From Eledone cirrhosa (Eukaryota): a DNA stretch of 64,000 nt. The position numbers and the translations under genes were made by a program. Of the stretch, positions 9,574 to 33,938 are shown piece by piece. The notes below the pieces were generated by a model. The model saw only the letters and a list, made by a program, of their open reading frames with translations, did not search any database and was not told the origin of the DNA. Where the stretch lies: contig OZ024740.1 of the NCBI GenBank assembly GCA_964016885.1, positions 287,742,001 to 287,806,000 of the forward strand. Direction: 5' to 3'. Position 1 is the first letter of the stretch. Each line of letters opens with the position of its first letter.

Positions 9574-11792
9574 CACTTTAATACACGAATACACTTGCAT
9601 CTAACTATACACATCAAACATATATATATATTTACTTATTTATATACATTTTCACATATATATATACATACTTATGGACGTTTTTTGACACATTCATTAT
9701 CGCATATTTGCACCTATTCTCATCAGCATATCTTTCCATTATTAGTGTGGTAATTTAAGGTTATTAATATATGTTGAGAAGAGATTGTTTTTATATTTTT
9801 CTAACTAGATTAAGGTTTATATAGTTGGGGGATGTCCCTCTTTTATGTAATATTCGGCTTGTAGTGGGGAAAAAAGGGTTTTAGTTCTGTGACGGCAGAA
9901 TAATGTTCGTTCAATTCTGTTATTCAGCAGTTTCTTCTTGTGTGTGATTATGTAATAAATCTCAAGATTACACAATTTGCAGAAATTTTGGCTCCTGGAA
10001 AAGCTTTGGGTTTTAGCTAATTTCTCCCATTTTAGGGTAAACTTTTGATCGCTATCCCTGAGCGTCCAAGCTTTTTCTGCTAAAGTTGTTACATTTCTTT
10101 GGCTCTGGTGTTTTATTGAGTAAGAATACAATCGAGATTTAAACGATGTTGCCGTTGATCCCACGTAATACCACTCGTTGCCTCCGGATTTAATGGTACA
10201 CTTATAAATAATATTTTTTTCCAGGCAGTTATTGCCGAGGGGACAGTTGTCAGGATAGGTGCAGTTACAGTTGTGTACGTTGGGTTTTCTCTGGAGTAGT
10301 ATTGCGGACGAACTTAGGTGTGGTTTATTTATGTTCTGTAGTGTATTGTCTACTGTTTTTTTTGTGTTCTTTGTACTTAAGTTTTTAGTGTTTTCGTTTA
10401 ACCTTCTAGTATTGATCTTTTTTATGTGTTGTTCAAGGTTTAACGCTGTAGAGTATGACAGTCTTATAGTGGTAGGGTTTAGGATTTTGTGGTATTTGTG
10501 TGATGTGGGAAAATGTCTTTTAATTATTTTAAAGAAGAGTACTGGTAAATTTGTACTAATGGAACTATTGTATTCGGGGTTATACCATAAGTACTCTTTG
10601 CATCGCTTTCTATTGGTTTTGTTTGTTGGTTTACTGGTGTGCATACTATGGTAGTAAGTGTGGTTTGGTGTTGTGTTATTATATCTACCTATGTGGGATT
10701 TATTTTGGGTGTTTTGATTGTTCCCATCTATGTACTCTATTTTGTTGAGGTAGCCTGCTTTACTAAGGGCGTTATCGTAGTACTCGGCGTGTTCCTTAAA
10801 TACTTGTATGTTAGAAGATAGACCCGAGATTCTAAGGGAAATATTTTTAGGGATAGATTTAATTATAGAGATGGGGTGGTTAGACCCAACATTTACGTAT
10901 TTGAGATTTTCATTCAATTTATGAAACGGTTTAATCAAACCAGAGTTTAAATTGAGTGTGACATCCAGGAAGTTAACTACTTTAAGGTTGTATTCATATG
11001 TTATAGTTAGTCCTATTTCGAGTAGTAGTTTTCTTATATCTTTGCGTAGTTTTTCTAGTTTTTGGTTATTAAGGTTTTTAGCTAGGAGGAGAACATCGTC
11101 GCGGTATATTCCGCCGTGGAGATTGCTGAATTTTTCCTGGAGTCTAAAGGCGATAAATAACCCCACAATATCAGTTATTTCCGCCGAATCGTTAGAGCCC
11201 ATTGTTATGTCAAAGTTAGAGGGTCTATCTTTACGTACCCAATAACTGTTCTCAAATTTGACTATAATTTTCCTAGCTTCTAATATAATCTTAATTTCAT
11301 CGTTTGTAAGGTCAGAGTTATCCTTAGCAAACTTAATGGCTCTATTCAAAGTTTCAGGTGATATCGATGAGTAATATTCATCGATATCAAACTGGATAAA
11401 CTTAGATTTATTCTTATTGCTAATGCTATTAAACCATCTTATTGCTTCTTGGGTCTTCCCCCAGAGTTTAATGTTAACCTTAGCCTTAATTTGGGGGATG
11501 ATTCTATCTAAGATATATTTGCTTATTTTACCTATATCTGATTTAGAGGGGCAGATTAATCTAATTTTAGGGTCATTATCAAAGTTTACCTTGTGGTCCT
11601 TAAGATTGAAGGTGGGTACCGCCGGTAAGAGTGGTCCTGTCCTATCTTCGATTCCGAGATTTTTCACTATTTCGCATGCCTCATCATTGATGTGCTTAAG
11701 GGTTACTTCACTCGTTTTTCTATATTTTTTATGTAATTCTTTTCGAATGAAGTTGTTGTATGTAGTGCAATCCATAGTGTACAGGTTTGATG

Positions 11793-11793
<1 letters not shown>
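9571..11793 (-). mobile_element. Penelope-like retroelement (Naiad-like), 5'-truncated
   Basis: Contains the RT+GIY-YIG ORF. The frame extends upstream as TSNLYTM (just after the expected DK of a DKT motif) until (TA)n at about 11794. About 250 nt of 3' sequence before the (TA)n at 9570. Confidence 0.88.
9817..11775 (-). CDS. PLE reverse transcriptase + C-terminal GIY-YIG endonuclease (652 aa, N-terminally truncated)
   Basis: FDIDEYYSSI, FDITMGSNDSAEI, IYRDD, NFLDVTL, SNHP, WYNP, HFP..H, linker CNC-x5-CPL-x3-C, NIIY...YYVG..SFKSR, CKLCNLE, CRH. Confidence 0.9.
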   Translation of the reverse strand: MDCTTYNNFIRKELHKKYRKTSEVTLKHINDEACEIVKNLGIEDRTGPLLPAVPTFNLKDHKVNFDNDPKIRLICPSKSDIGKISKYILDRIIPQIKAKVNIKLWGKTQEAIRWFNSISNKNKSKFIQFDIDEYYSSISPETLNRAIKFAKDNSDLTNDEIKIILEARKIIVKFENSYWVRKDRPSNFDITMGSNDSAEITDIVGLFIAFRLQEKFSNLHGGIYRDDVLLLAKNLNNQKLEKLRKDIRKLLLEIGLTITYEYNLKVVNFLDVTLNLNSGLIKPFHKLNENLKYVNVGSNHPISIIKSIPKNISLRISGLSSNIQVFKEHAEYYDNALSKAGYLNKIEYIDGNNQNTQNKSHIGRYNNTTPNHTYYHSMHTSKPTNKTNRKRCKEYLWYNPEYNSSISTNLPVLFFKIIKRHFPTSHKYHKILNPTTIRLSYSTALNLEQHIKKINTRRLNENTKNLSTKNTKKTVDNTLQNINKPHLSSSAILLQRKPNVHNCNCTYPDNCPLGNNCLEKNIIYKCTIKSGGNEWYYVGSTATSFKSRLYSYSIKHQSQRNVTTLAEKAWTLRDSDQKFTLKWEKLAKTQSFSRSQNFCKLCNLEIYYIITHKKKLLNNRIERTLFCRHRTKTLFSPLQAEYYIKEGHPPTI

Positions 11794-11833
<40 letters not shown>

Positions 11834-11837
<4 letters not shown>

Positions 11838-13222
11838 CATTTCATTTCATTTCGTTTGAGTCCATGCTCAGGCCAAGTCGAAGACTCCACCCTCAGAGTC
11901 TGGTGTGGTTGCCAGGTTGGATTCTCTGTTTAATTTTGACATGTGTAGGAGCGAGTTTGAGTCAGTTTGTGCTCGTTGTGTATATCCTGGGAGATGGGGT
12001 TCATCTCTAATGGTGCTTCTATCCAGCTGCAATTTGAATGATTCCACACTGCATCCTGATAGATTTCTGACATGTACTGGAATGGAGTTGAATAGTTGTA
12101 CCTCTCGAACCAACAGACTTTACTCTCGCAGGGTTTTTGCTGCCTGGCCAGCCCTTTTGTTGATTGGTGGTAGCTGACAGCGTCTTCCGTGGCGCAGTGA
12201 GTGGTAGGTTTTGATACCAAAGTTTGGCACCTTTTGCTCTATCATTTTCCAAATGTATATAATTCGGTATCGCTCAAATCTTCTTTCTATTGAGTACATC
12301 TTCAAGGTTTTGAGTCTTTGCCAATAGTCCAGGTCTCTCGTTTCTGAGATGTATGAGGTAAAATTTCTTTGGAGCGATTCCATCTTAGATAGTTGGCCCT
12401 TTGTTGTTGGTGACCACAACTGAGAACAGTAGTCAATCCTCGGAAGTACCATACTGTTCCAGAGGGTTTTCATTGTTGAGGTATCTCTTGATTTGAAGGT
12501 GCGCTAGATCCACCCGCTGTACTTTCTTGCAGTAAGACAGACTGAGTCAAGGTGTTCTCTGAATTTTAGGCTGGTTCCCATGTGGATGCCTAAATCTTTC
12601 ACACACTGTTTTTCCATTATTTGTTTTACTGATGGGTTTCTGTAGTTTGTTGTATTTTTCAGATCTTGATCTGTTCCGTAGCGAATTAGTTCAAACTTCT
12701 TATCATTGAACAACATGTTGTTTGTTTCCTGCCATTTGTATATGGTGGTTAGGTCCTTTTGTAAGGCCTCTGTATCCACCTCGTCTTTGATTTGTCTCAT
12801 GACCCTGGTGTCATCAGCAAAGGATGAGACGTTGCTGGTTGTATCTTCATCTATGTCAGAGATGAGGATGAGAAACAGGATCGGGCCGAGTACTGTACCC
12901 TGAGGAACACTGCTGGTCACAGGTGATGGTGTTGAATGGGTTCCATTCACAGTGACTGTTCGAGTTCTATTTGTAAGGAACTCATGTATCCATGTACCAA
13001 CTTTTCCTCCTACTCCTAGCTTTCGAAGTTTGTGTCCCAGGATGCCATGATCTACCTTGTCTAATGCCTTGGCAAAGTCGAAGTAAATAACATGTGTTGT
13101 ATCCATTCTGTAGATTTTCTCGGATTTGGTCATGGTGTGCCAGTAGTTGGGAAAGACATGATCTACCTAACCTGAATACCTGCTGATTGCAATTCATCAG
13201 ATTGTTGGATTCCAGGAACTCA
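11834..13222 (-). mobile_element. CR1-like LINE 3' portion, decayed, with (GAAAT)n tail
   Basis: ORF pieces 12504..13133, 12120..12473 and 11868..12113: YFDFAKALDKVDH, VPQGTVLGPILF, FADDT, KDLGI, IDYCSQLWSP, YWQRLKTL. Internal stop and frameshifts; tail atttcatttcatttc on + strand. Confidence 0.87.
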
Positions 13223-13323
13223 ATATGTATATATATATATATGTATATATATATGTATATATATATATATCTATATATATATATATATATATATGTATAT
13301 TACATTCACGTATTATATTTCGA

Positions 13324-13381
13324 ATACCTGATGATATCACCTGATTCATACGGAACCCGGTCATTGAAATGATCATAGTAT
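13324..13381 (+). ncRNA. Minimal type I hammerhead ribozyme motif (solo PLE pLTR-like island), stem II degenerate
   Basis: AUAC-CUGAUGA-[31 nt imperfect hairpin]-GAAA-U-GAUC-A-UA-GUAU followed immediately by AAUAAA. Confidence 0.6.
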
Positions 13382-13427
13382 AATAAACCTTTCAAGGATT
13401 TACACAAATCCAGCCTCCTGTCATTTC

Positions 13428-13429
<2 letters not shown>

Positions 13430-13497
<68 letters not shown>

Positions 13498-13999
13498 TAT
13501 GTATATATAAATGTATATATATATATATATATATGTATATATAAATGTATATATATATATATATATATATGGATATATAAATGTATATATATATATATGT
13601 GTATATATATGTATATATATATATATATGTGTATATATATATGTGTATATATATGTATATATATATATATGTGTATATATATATGTATATATAAATGTAT
13701 ATGTATATATATATGTGTATATAAATGTATATATATATAAATGTATATATATATATGTGTATATATATGTATATATAAATGTATATATATATATATGTGT
13801 ATATATATGTATATATAAATGTATATATATATATATGTGTATATATATATGTATATATAAATGTATATATATATATGTGTATATATATATGTATATATAA
13901 ATGTATATATATATATATGTATATATATATATGTATATATAAATGTATATGTATATATAAATGTATATATATATATATGTATGTATATATAAATGTATA
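13430..13999. repeat. (TA)n microsatellite with recurring GTATATATAAAT variant
   Basis: Seen directly. Confidence 0.95.
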
Positions 14000-14502
14000 T
14001 CATCATCATCATCATCATCAACGTTTAACGTCCGTGTTCCACGCTTGCATGGGTTTGGACGGGGGTAGTCCCACTTGAGGCAAGAGTGATTGTCTTGCTC
14101 GCATAGGACTGTCTGGCAGGTTTTCTACAGTTGGATGCCCTTCCTAACACCAACCACATTTACAGTGTGGGTCTGGGAGGTTTTTACCGTGTTGCCTACA
14201 CGGCCACATTACAGCGTGGACTGTGTTTTTTTTTGTCGTGACACCTACACGATCTCATTCCTTTCGGCCTACACGATCTCATTTGTTTGGGCCTGGATGG
14301 CGCGGCACCAACATAACTTTACATGGTGTGGATGGGGGTGGTGGAGGGACGGGGTGTATTTTGTTAGAGATGCCTACTGGCTGGAGTAGGTTTTACTATA
14401 TATATTTAGGTAAGGCGGGTCTTCTGTTACTGAGTACCGCCAAAGGTCTCGGTCCAGTGACATTGTCTTGGAGAGGTGTAAGTGTGTGATGTCGGAGTTT
14501 AT
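13999..14502 (-). mobile_element. RTE subfamily A 3' end (ORF terminus + long 3' UTR + (GAT)n tail)
   Basis: Reverse complement is collinear with 2750-3232. Confidence 0.88.
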
Positions 14503-14504
14503 CA

Positions 14505-27387
<12,883 letters not shown>

Positions 27388-28009
27388 GGTTTGATAAAAT
27401 AAAACACCAGTCAAGTTTTGGAGTTGATTTAATTAACTAACTCCCATTCACACATTTCTGACTTTGTGTCTGAGAGAATCATTATTATTTATGTTTCTTC
27501 TAAAATTGCTTATATCTTTGTCAAAGTTTTATCTTCTCTTATTATATAACCAATGCTGATGCTCTCAGAAATTTTAATATTAGATTGATAGCTAGTTTCA
27601 AGAATATATTTTAAGTTTAGAGCAGTTCTTTTTCAAATTTTTCCTTTGCCTGTTCATTTTTAGAGTCAATAAAACTGAAAGCCTTTTGATCAGTTGACAG
27701 ATTTTTAGCAAGCCTAGTTCTATGAAAATGCTGTTTTCATAATATTTTATGACTACATGTCCTGTGGTAGATCATTAAGGGAAGTTCAATAAGTAAATGA
27801 ATTTCTTCTGGGATTTAATTGGATAACTGTTTTCATCTAATAGAGAAAAATTTATAACATCAGAGATATGTTCTGAAGTAACTATGGCATGGAAAGAAGT
27901 ATATTTTCTTTAAATGAAGATAGCTATCTAATAGAAAAATAAAATGTATTTTTAAAAAATATAGTTATGAGTACATATACTCCATTGTCTGTCTTTCATT
28001 GTATTTCAC

Positions 28010-28095
28010 TCAAACCAAGCTCCAAACGGGTTTGGATGAGCAAGACATGGTCACCTGACTTGCCCTATAATGTGACAACCTATTCTAACCCATGC
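28010..28095 (+). mobile_element. Fragment of RTE-tailed SINE-like element
   Basis: atgagcaagacatggtcacctgacttgccc...ctaacccatgc matches 36530-36590 and the reverse of 37540-37610. Confidence 0.65.
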
Positions 28096-28356
28096 TCAGA
28101 GCCTTAATCAATTACAATCAGCTTTGATTCTGGGATTGATTTGCTCATCAGACGCAGTGGAGATCAGAATCGGAATTTGTTTGTGTAAGGCATCAAACCT
28201 GCCTATGTATAGGATTTCGACCACACCTTGATGTCATCTTATTAATTGACTGGATTTAGTATGTAAGGTTCTCCATATACTGTGATGAAGCTGTCCTGGT
28301 GTAAAGGTGGAAGTAGAGATCATAATGAGAAGAAAAATACAGTATAGTAAAATATT

Positions 28357-28535
28357 TGTTTCTACTTTAGGCACAAGGCCAGCAATTACCCAGTGCATTA
28401 CTGGTACTTTATTTTATCGACCCCGTAAGGATGAAAGGCAAAGTCAACCTCGGCGGGATTTGAACTCAGATCGTAAAGGGACGTAACTATGCTGGAAAGC
28501 ATGGCGTCCGACCCTCCACCGATACTGCCAATCCA
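28357..28535 (-). mobile_element. Full-length young tRNA-derived SINE (Deu/Nin-like domain) with 16-bp TSD
   Basis: A box TGGCAGTATCGG, B box GAGTTCAAATCC, core GCCTTTCATCCTTACGGGGTCGATAAAAT. TSD agtatagtaaaatatt at 28341-28356 and 28536-28551. Confidence 0.93.
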
Positions 28536-28789
28536 AGTATAGTAAAATATTATACCAGCAATAGGTTTCGAAGCTGGGGTTATACAACCGCACGTAAGAT
28601 AATATAAAATAGAAAAATAAAAACAAACGTTGATAAAAAATATAACAAAATTTATTTTAAAAAAAGTGAAAAATGTTAAGTATTGAAAATAAATATAAAA
28701 TTATAAAATATTAAAAAAATATATGCACAAAAATGTGCATATATATACACACAAATTAATAACCAAGTAGACTAAAATAAAAAAAAAAA

Positions 28790-29452
28790 GACATGAGCAG
28801 TGCCATCCAGCTCCAGGTTCCCAAACTGTGACTCCGCAGTGAGAAGGGTTTGTCATGGCCAAATGGCCTGTGCCCCCTCATAGCCATGTTATCCAGTGCA
28901 GGGCTCCAAAACTTTGGTTCTGCTGTGAGAATGGGTTCGGTGCAGCCAACTGGCTTGTCCTTCCTCATAACGGAGCCATGCGGCATCCGTCACATGAACT
29001 GAGGGTCTGCTGTTTAAAGCGTTTGGTGCGGCCAATAGGCCTGTCCCTCCACATAATGCAGTCCTGGGCTCCCAAGTCAGAAATGTGGCCCCGCTGGGAG
29101 AGGGGTTCAGCACAGCCAACTGGACTGTCCCTCAGCATAGTGGTACCATCCAGCGCCAGACTCCCAAACTGTGATTCTGTGCCTGTCCCTCCTCATAGCA
29201 GTGTCATCCAGTACCAGGCCCTAAAACTATGGTTACGTTGTGAGATGGGTTTGATGTGGCCAACTGGTCTGTTCCCGCCTCGCCATCTAGTTCCACGCTG
29301 TAAATGTGGTTGGTGTTAGGAAGGGCATCCAGCTGTAAAATTCCCAGCCAAATTTACAGTCCTCATTGGGACAAATTATGGTGTAGCCAACATGGACGAC
29401 TTGTCTAACTCATGCAAGCATGGAAAAATGGACACTAAGCAGTGAAGATGAT
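28790..29452 (+). mobile_element. Composite non-autonomous retroposon: diverged ~85-bp tandem array + RTE 5'UTR-like module + RTE 3' tail
   Basis: About six units with recurring ccatccag...ccaaactgtg...gtgagaagggttt...gccaactgg.ctgtcc.tcctcata, then tggtgttaggaagggcatccagctgtaaaa and catgcaagcatggaaaaatggacac...gatgat. Confidence 0.7.
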
Positions 29453-30012
29453 AATGTGCATGCAAATTTAAATCGATATACAATAATATCAACTGGCTGT
29501 AGCCTAACCACTCAATGTAAAGTTGGTGAGAAAATACCAAAATCAGAGCACACTCATAAAAGATAATGTTATGGATACAACCTTTTTTAATATCTTGCAA
29601 ATATATAACATAGGCTGGACAGAAAAAATATTACTTACACTAGCAGAAAACCCACTCTTCAGGCGGTTTTCTGCTAGCATGTGTAGTGTATATTATACGT
29701 ATGTAGATATGATACATCAAATAAAATCATAAATAACAATATGCACAGAAATTGAACGAAGACTGTGTTACACTGTCTTATGTAATCAGTAACGTAATCC
29801 ATGATACATTAAAAAAAGACAATATTATATATAAACTGCATTAGGAGAAAATTAGTGACAGAAAAAATTTATGAATATTAATTTAAATGATTGCTAACCG
29901 GAAATGTTGACATTTGAAAATTTTAAAGAAGTGAATCTTTAAATAAGTAATAAAATATATTTAATGAAGAACCACGAAATTTAGTAGATAAATTATGTAA
30001 TATTCATTCATT

Positions 30013-30198
30013 GTGGATTGGCAGTATCAGTAGAGGGTCGGACGCCATGCTTTGTCGCATAGTTACGTCCCTTTACGAACTGAGTTCAAATCCCGCCGAG
30101 GTTAACTTTGCCTTTCATCCTTACGGGGGTCGATAAAATAAAGTACCAGTAATGTACTGGGTAATTGCTGGCCTTGTGCCAAAAGTAGAAACAATTAT
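30013..30198 (+). mobile_element. Full-length tRNA-derived SINE (same family as 28357-28535)
   Basis: Same A box, B box, core and 3' end, with a few substitutions. Confidence 0.92.
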
Positions 30199-30741
30199 TT
30201 ATTCAAAGTAATCCAACTTATTTTACCAAGGGGATAAAAAAATTATAAACTGTACACAGTCCTCCGTTTCTTACTTTATTATAGTTTAGATTACATTAGT
30301 AATATACTGCTTTTCAAAGCCTATACTATACATTGTTGTTTTGTGTCTTGAGAAACTACTAATTACCATTATTAAATGGATAATTAGTCTCTCTCTCTCT
30401 CTCACCCTCCCTCCAGAGAGAGAATTGTTTCTATAATTTTAAAAATCTTTTTTTTTTATTATTAACGTGGGATTTTAGAGAGTTTTGGCTACTAAATATA
30501 GTCAAATGACTATATTTTAGCTCCCTCAAAGGCTTGCAGTGAGTTGATGTCTAGTTGGTGTGTATAACTTGTAAAAATACTCTGTTTGTACACAATGCAT
30601 TTATAAAATGACCATTGGGGCATTGTCCCCATAAACTTGCTCCAGAGTGTCAATGATTTGGCTGTTCTCCCACTCGTGCTTCATCATGAATTTGATGTTT
30701 GTCCTGGCCTTAATTTTGATGGAGGTCATGTTTCTCAAGTG

Positions 30742-30772
<31 letters not shown>

Positions 30773-31084
30773 CAACAAATGAAAGCTCTTTTACCAATAT
30801 TTTTTCTTTGTTTGGAATAGAGTATTTATGCTTTTACACCAGCGAACAAAATTACTTTCTAGCCATTTCTGATCTATTTTGTATTAGATTGTATATTTCA
30901 TGAGCATAATCTTATCTGAAGATAATGTGTTGAAGTTTAGCACACCTTTCTATTTGTTATGATGATTCTGTACCAGCTTTTAGGAATACTACTTATCTAT
31001 CTGAACAATTTGGTTCCATGAGCGAGTGACTAATACCATATCTATTCATGTAAATGTTCTCACAACTCTTCCTGAATATTTTTC

Positions 31085-32045
31085 TTCATCACTTCTTAGA
31101 CCTCAAAATAAATAACTTAGCAAAGATTACAGTCTTAGTAAGTAGGAAAGAAGATAGGACCCTGGGAAATGGCATGCTTGATATTTAGAAAAAGAAGTAG
31201 GTAAAAATTCAATATGGTATACTCAGCGTAAACTATGGTTGTGCAAAATGTGTATTGAGATCAGAGGCAGGCTAATACTCAAAGTAGGCATAACATGTGG
31301 CAAATGCACAGGAGCAGTCAGTAATAAAAAAAAATATATGTTAACCCTTTAGCATTTATATTACTCTATATAAACTATTGTATTTTCATAGTAAAGGCTT
31401 TATCTTACATAATTATCTCATATAATATTGAATATATGAGATTTTGATATTATTTATTTTGAGAACAATACCTTAACATCAGTATAAGGAGCCAGTTGGG
31501 GCCAGTTTGAACAGAAAGAGGTGAGAGAATTCTGGCCGGATATGGCTGGTCTAAATGCTAAAGGGTTAAATGAATTACTTCTACTACTTGGAAGGATTTT
31601 TTTATGTAGTTGATAGCTTTTGTTAGCAGTAGAGAGCAGTATTGGGAAAGCATAGTAGCCACAGGAAAAACAAACAGGAAAAAGTTCAAGGAGCTATTAA
31701 TTTCTTCTAGTAACAAAGAGCAAATTGTATGATGCTTGTATACCAAGTTCAATGCTGCATGGTAACAAAGCCTTGATTGCAGAGTATTTGTTGTGACTAG
31801 AAAAAATTGTTCTGCTAGTATTTAAGGGGAATCAGTTGCGTAAAAGATGTGATGTGTATGGAGGATTTTAGCTGTATAAAAAAAGTGTCAAGCACTCTCA
31901 AATTGAGAGAGCCTGTGGTAGGAGACATGGGACAGTGTGATGAAGACTGATCTCAAAATGTTAAACCTACTGAAGCATTGCAACAATTGATGAGTATTGG
32001 AGAATACTCCCTCACCCATTCAAGCATAGCTAACTGTTTAATATT
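31085..32045 (+). mobile_element. Highly decayed RTE LINE 3' part, interrupted by a MITE
   Basis: Recognisable similarity to 8600-9510 (gggaaatggcatgc, atgtggcaaatgcacagga, gatagctttt, aatgctgcatggt). Confidence 0.65.
31341..31569 (+). mobile_element. piggyBac-type MITE (family 1) including TTAA TSDs
   Basis: TTAA-CCCTTTAGCATTTA ... TAAATGCTAAAGGG-TTAA terminal inverted repeats. Confidence 0.88.
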
Positions 32046-32759
32046 GTGGGAATGGTGAATATTGGGATTAGATCTGTTTGTAATCAACCTTCCTAACATC
32101 ATTTATCACACTAACGCCATGCCACTTATGTGATGAGGAATGACGTTAGACCTATCCACATTAAATGTTTATATGTATAGAGCTCAGCATTTATTTCACT
32201 GCTGTTTCAAAAGTATTTTTGGCATATAAAATAAGTTTCATCAGCATAATTTTTAGTTGATTATATTCAGTTTATTTGAAAAAATTATCTTGCTGTTAAC
32301 AAATAAAATCAGGATTATCAAATTGCAAGATACAAAATCATAATTATTTTTCTTTTATATGTTAGGTTTGTATGTATGCTAGCAGGGAAAATTAGTTATT
32401 TTGATAATTAATGAAAACATTGCTTGTTTTACTCAGTTAGTCTAAATTTCTGATTATTTTCAAAATAGGCAGTGTCTTCATTAGAAATATGGTAATGAAA
32501 TGGTTAATGAATCCCAAGAGTTTTGTTTGGGTTGAAAAGTTATGGGTGGGTAAACTATAAAATAGGGCTAAATCTATGGAGCTTTTTTTTTAAATATATT
32601 TTTCTCAATTTTTCTGTCTATTTTCATGATAAATTTCTGTTGTAAAATTATATTTTCCCCTATAGGTATTTACAAATTTCAACTAGATTATATTTTGTCT
32701 ATCAGAAATTTAGAATGTTTTGTTAATATTTCTGAGATGATCTGACCGTATGTGTTCAT

Positions 32760-32845
32760 CTTTCATCCTTATGGGGTCGATAAAATAAAGTACCAGTAAT
32801 GCACTGGGTAATTGCTGGCCTTGTGCCTAAAGTAGAAACAATTAT
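32760..32845 (+). mobile_element. 5'-truncated copy of the tRNA-derived SINE
   Basis: ctttcatccttatggggtcgataaaataaagtacc...gtagaaacaattat. Confidence 0.88.
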
Positions 32846-33074
32846 CATACTTGACATTTGAGATTATGAATATTAAAATTTATCAGCGAATTTATAAACT
32901 TTAGGACTCTTGATAAGGTTTATTAACATTATGAAACATCTAGTTTTTAGATTGTATAAGGATATTTACGCAGATGTTAAAGTGTATTTATACAAACGGT
33001 TAAATTTTCATGTTTTGTTGCACATTGAGGCATTGTATATCAATTTCTTCTAGCTAGGCTAAAGTTAGCATATT

Positions 33075-33253
33075 GGCAGTATCGGTAGAGGGTCGGACGC
33101 CATGCTTTCCAGCATAGTTACGTCCCTTTACGATCTGAGTTCAAATCCCGCCGAGGTTGACTTTGCCTTTCATCCTTACGGGGTCGATAAAATAAAGTAC
33201 CAGTAATGCACTGGGTAATTGCTGGCCTTGTGCCTAAAGTAGAAACAATTATT
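33075..33253 (+). mobile_element. Full-length tRNA-derived SINE
   Basis: By eye, one mismatch against the reverse complement of the 28357-28535 copy over the shared body. Confidence 0.93.
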
Positions 33254-33274
33254 GAATATTAGCTATTTATAACT

Positions 33275-33479
33275 TTAACTCTTTAATGTTCAAACCGGCC
33301 GGAATTCTCTACCTTTTTCTGTTGAAACTGGCTGTAACTGGTCACTCAAACTAATGTTAAGGTATTTTTCTCAAAATAAATACTTTCAAAATCTGATTCA
33401 ATATTATGTGAGATAAAGCATTTACCATGAAAATATAATAATATATATAGAGTAATGTGTGTGAATGCTAAAGGGTTAA
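33275..33479 (-). mobile_element. piggyBac-type MITE (family 1), inverted relative to 31341
   Basis: TTAA-CTCTTTAATGTT ... GAATGCTAAAGGG-TTAA; interior is the reverse complement of 31341-31569. Confidence 0.85.
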
Positions 33480-33938
33480 CAGAATTGACACCAAAAGAAT
33501 TATAGTGTAACAATTTACAAGATAATATAAGACTACAGGTGCTTAATTAAATTGAATTGAATTCAGAATGTAAAATAATGTAAACCACTACTACAAATTA
33601 TTTAGTTTGATAGTAATTAGAAATGTTAATGTGTTTGCTTTGAATAACTTTTCTGTATATTTATCAAATATATGTGGAATATATTTTTACTAGCATTTGA
33701 GACAAACTACAATGAAATGTGAGATATAGTTGAAGATATTAAGTTACCAAGGAAGAAAAAAAAAAAGCTAATTTGTAAAACTACCAAATCAATAAGAAAA
33801 AGTTTATTTATTTATTGAAATATAGTTTCAGTAAATATTGTTGTTGCTTTTATGTGATTGAAGCATGTTTACAGATTCAATTATTAAAATGACCAGCATA
33901 ATATTGCAAGTCAGAATAGATTGTTTTGCTTTGAGGTT

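Noticed and set aside
9672-9730. Hammerhead expected at the 3' end of the Naiad-like PLE
   Set aside because: Minus strand has UAUG-CUGAUGA and a downstream GUC-CAUA, but the GAAA core and stem II are not intact. At most a decayed remnant.
9571-9816. SECIS element or selenoprotein in the PLE
   Set aside because: No in-frame UGA in the visible ORF and no convincing SECIS fold by eye.
7048-12220. Short ORFs antisense to or overlapping the RTE, PLE and CR1 frames
   Set aside because: Shadow ORFs of retroelement coding strands with no recognisable motifs.
28357-33253. tRNA genes
   Set aside because: A and B boxes belong to SINE heads; no cloverleaf; continuous with SINE bodies.
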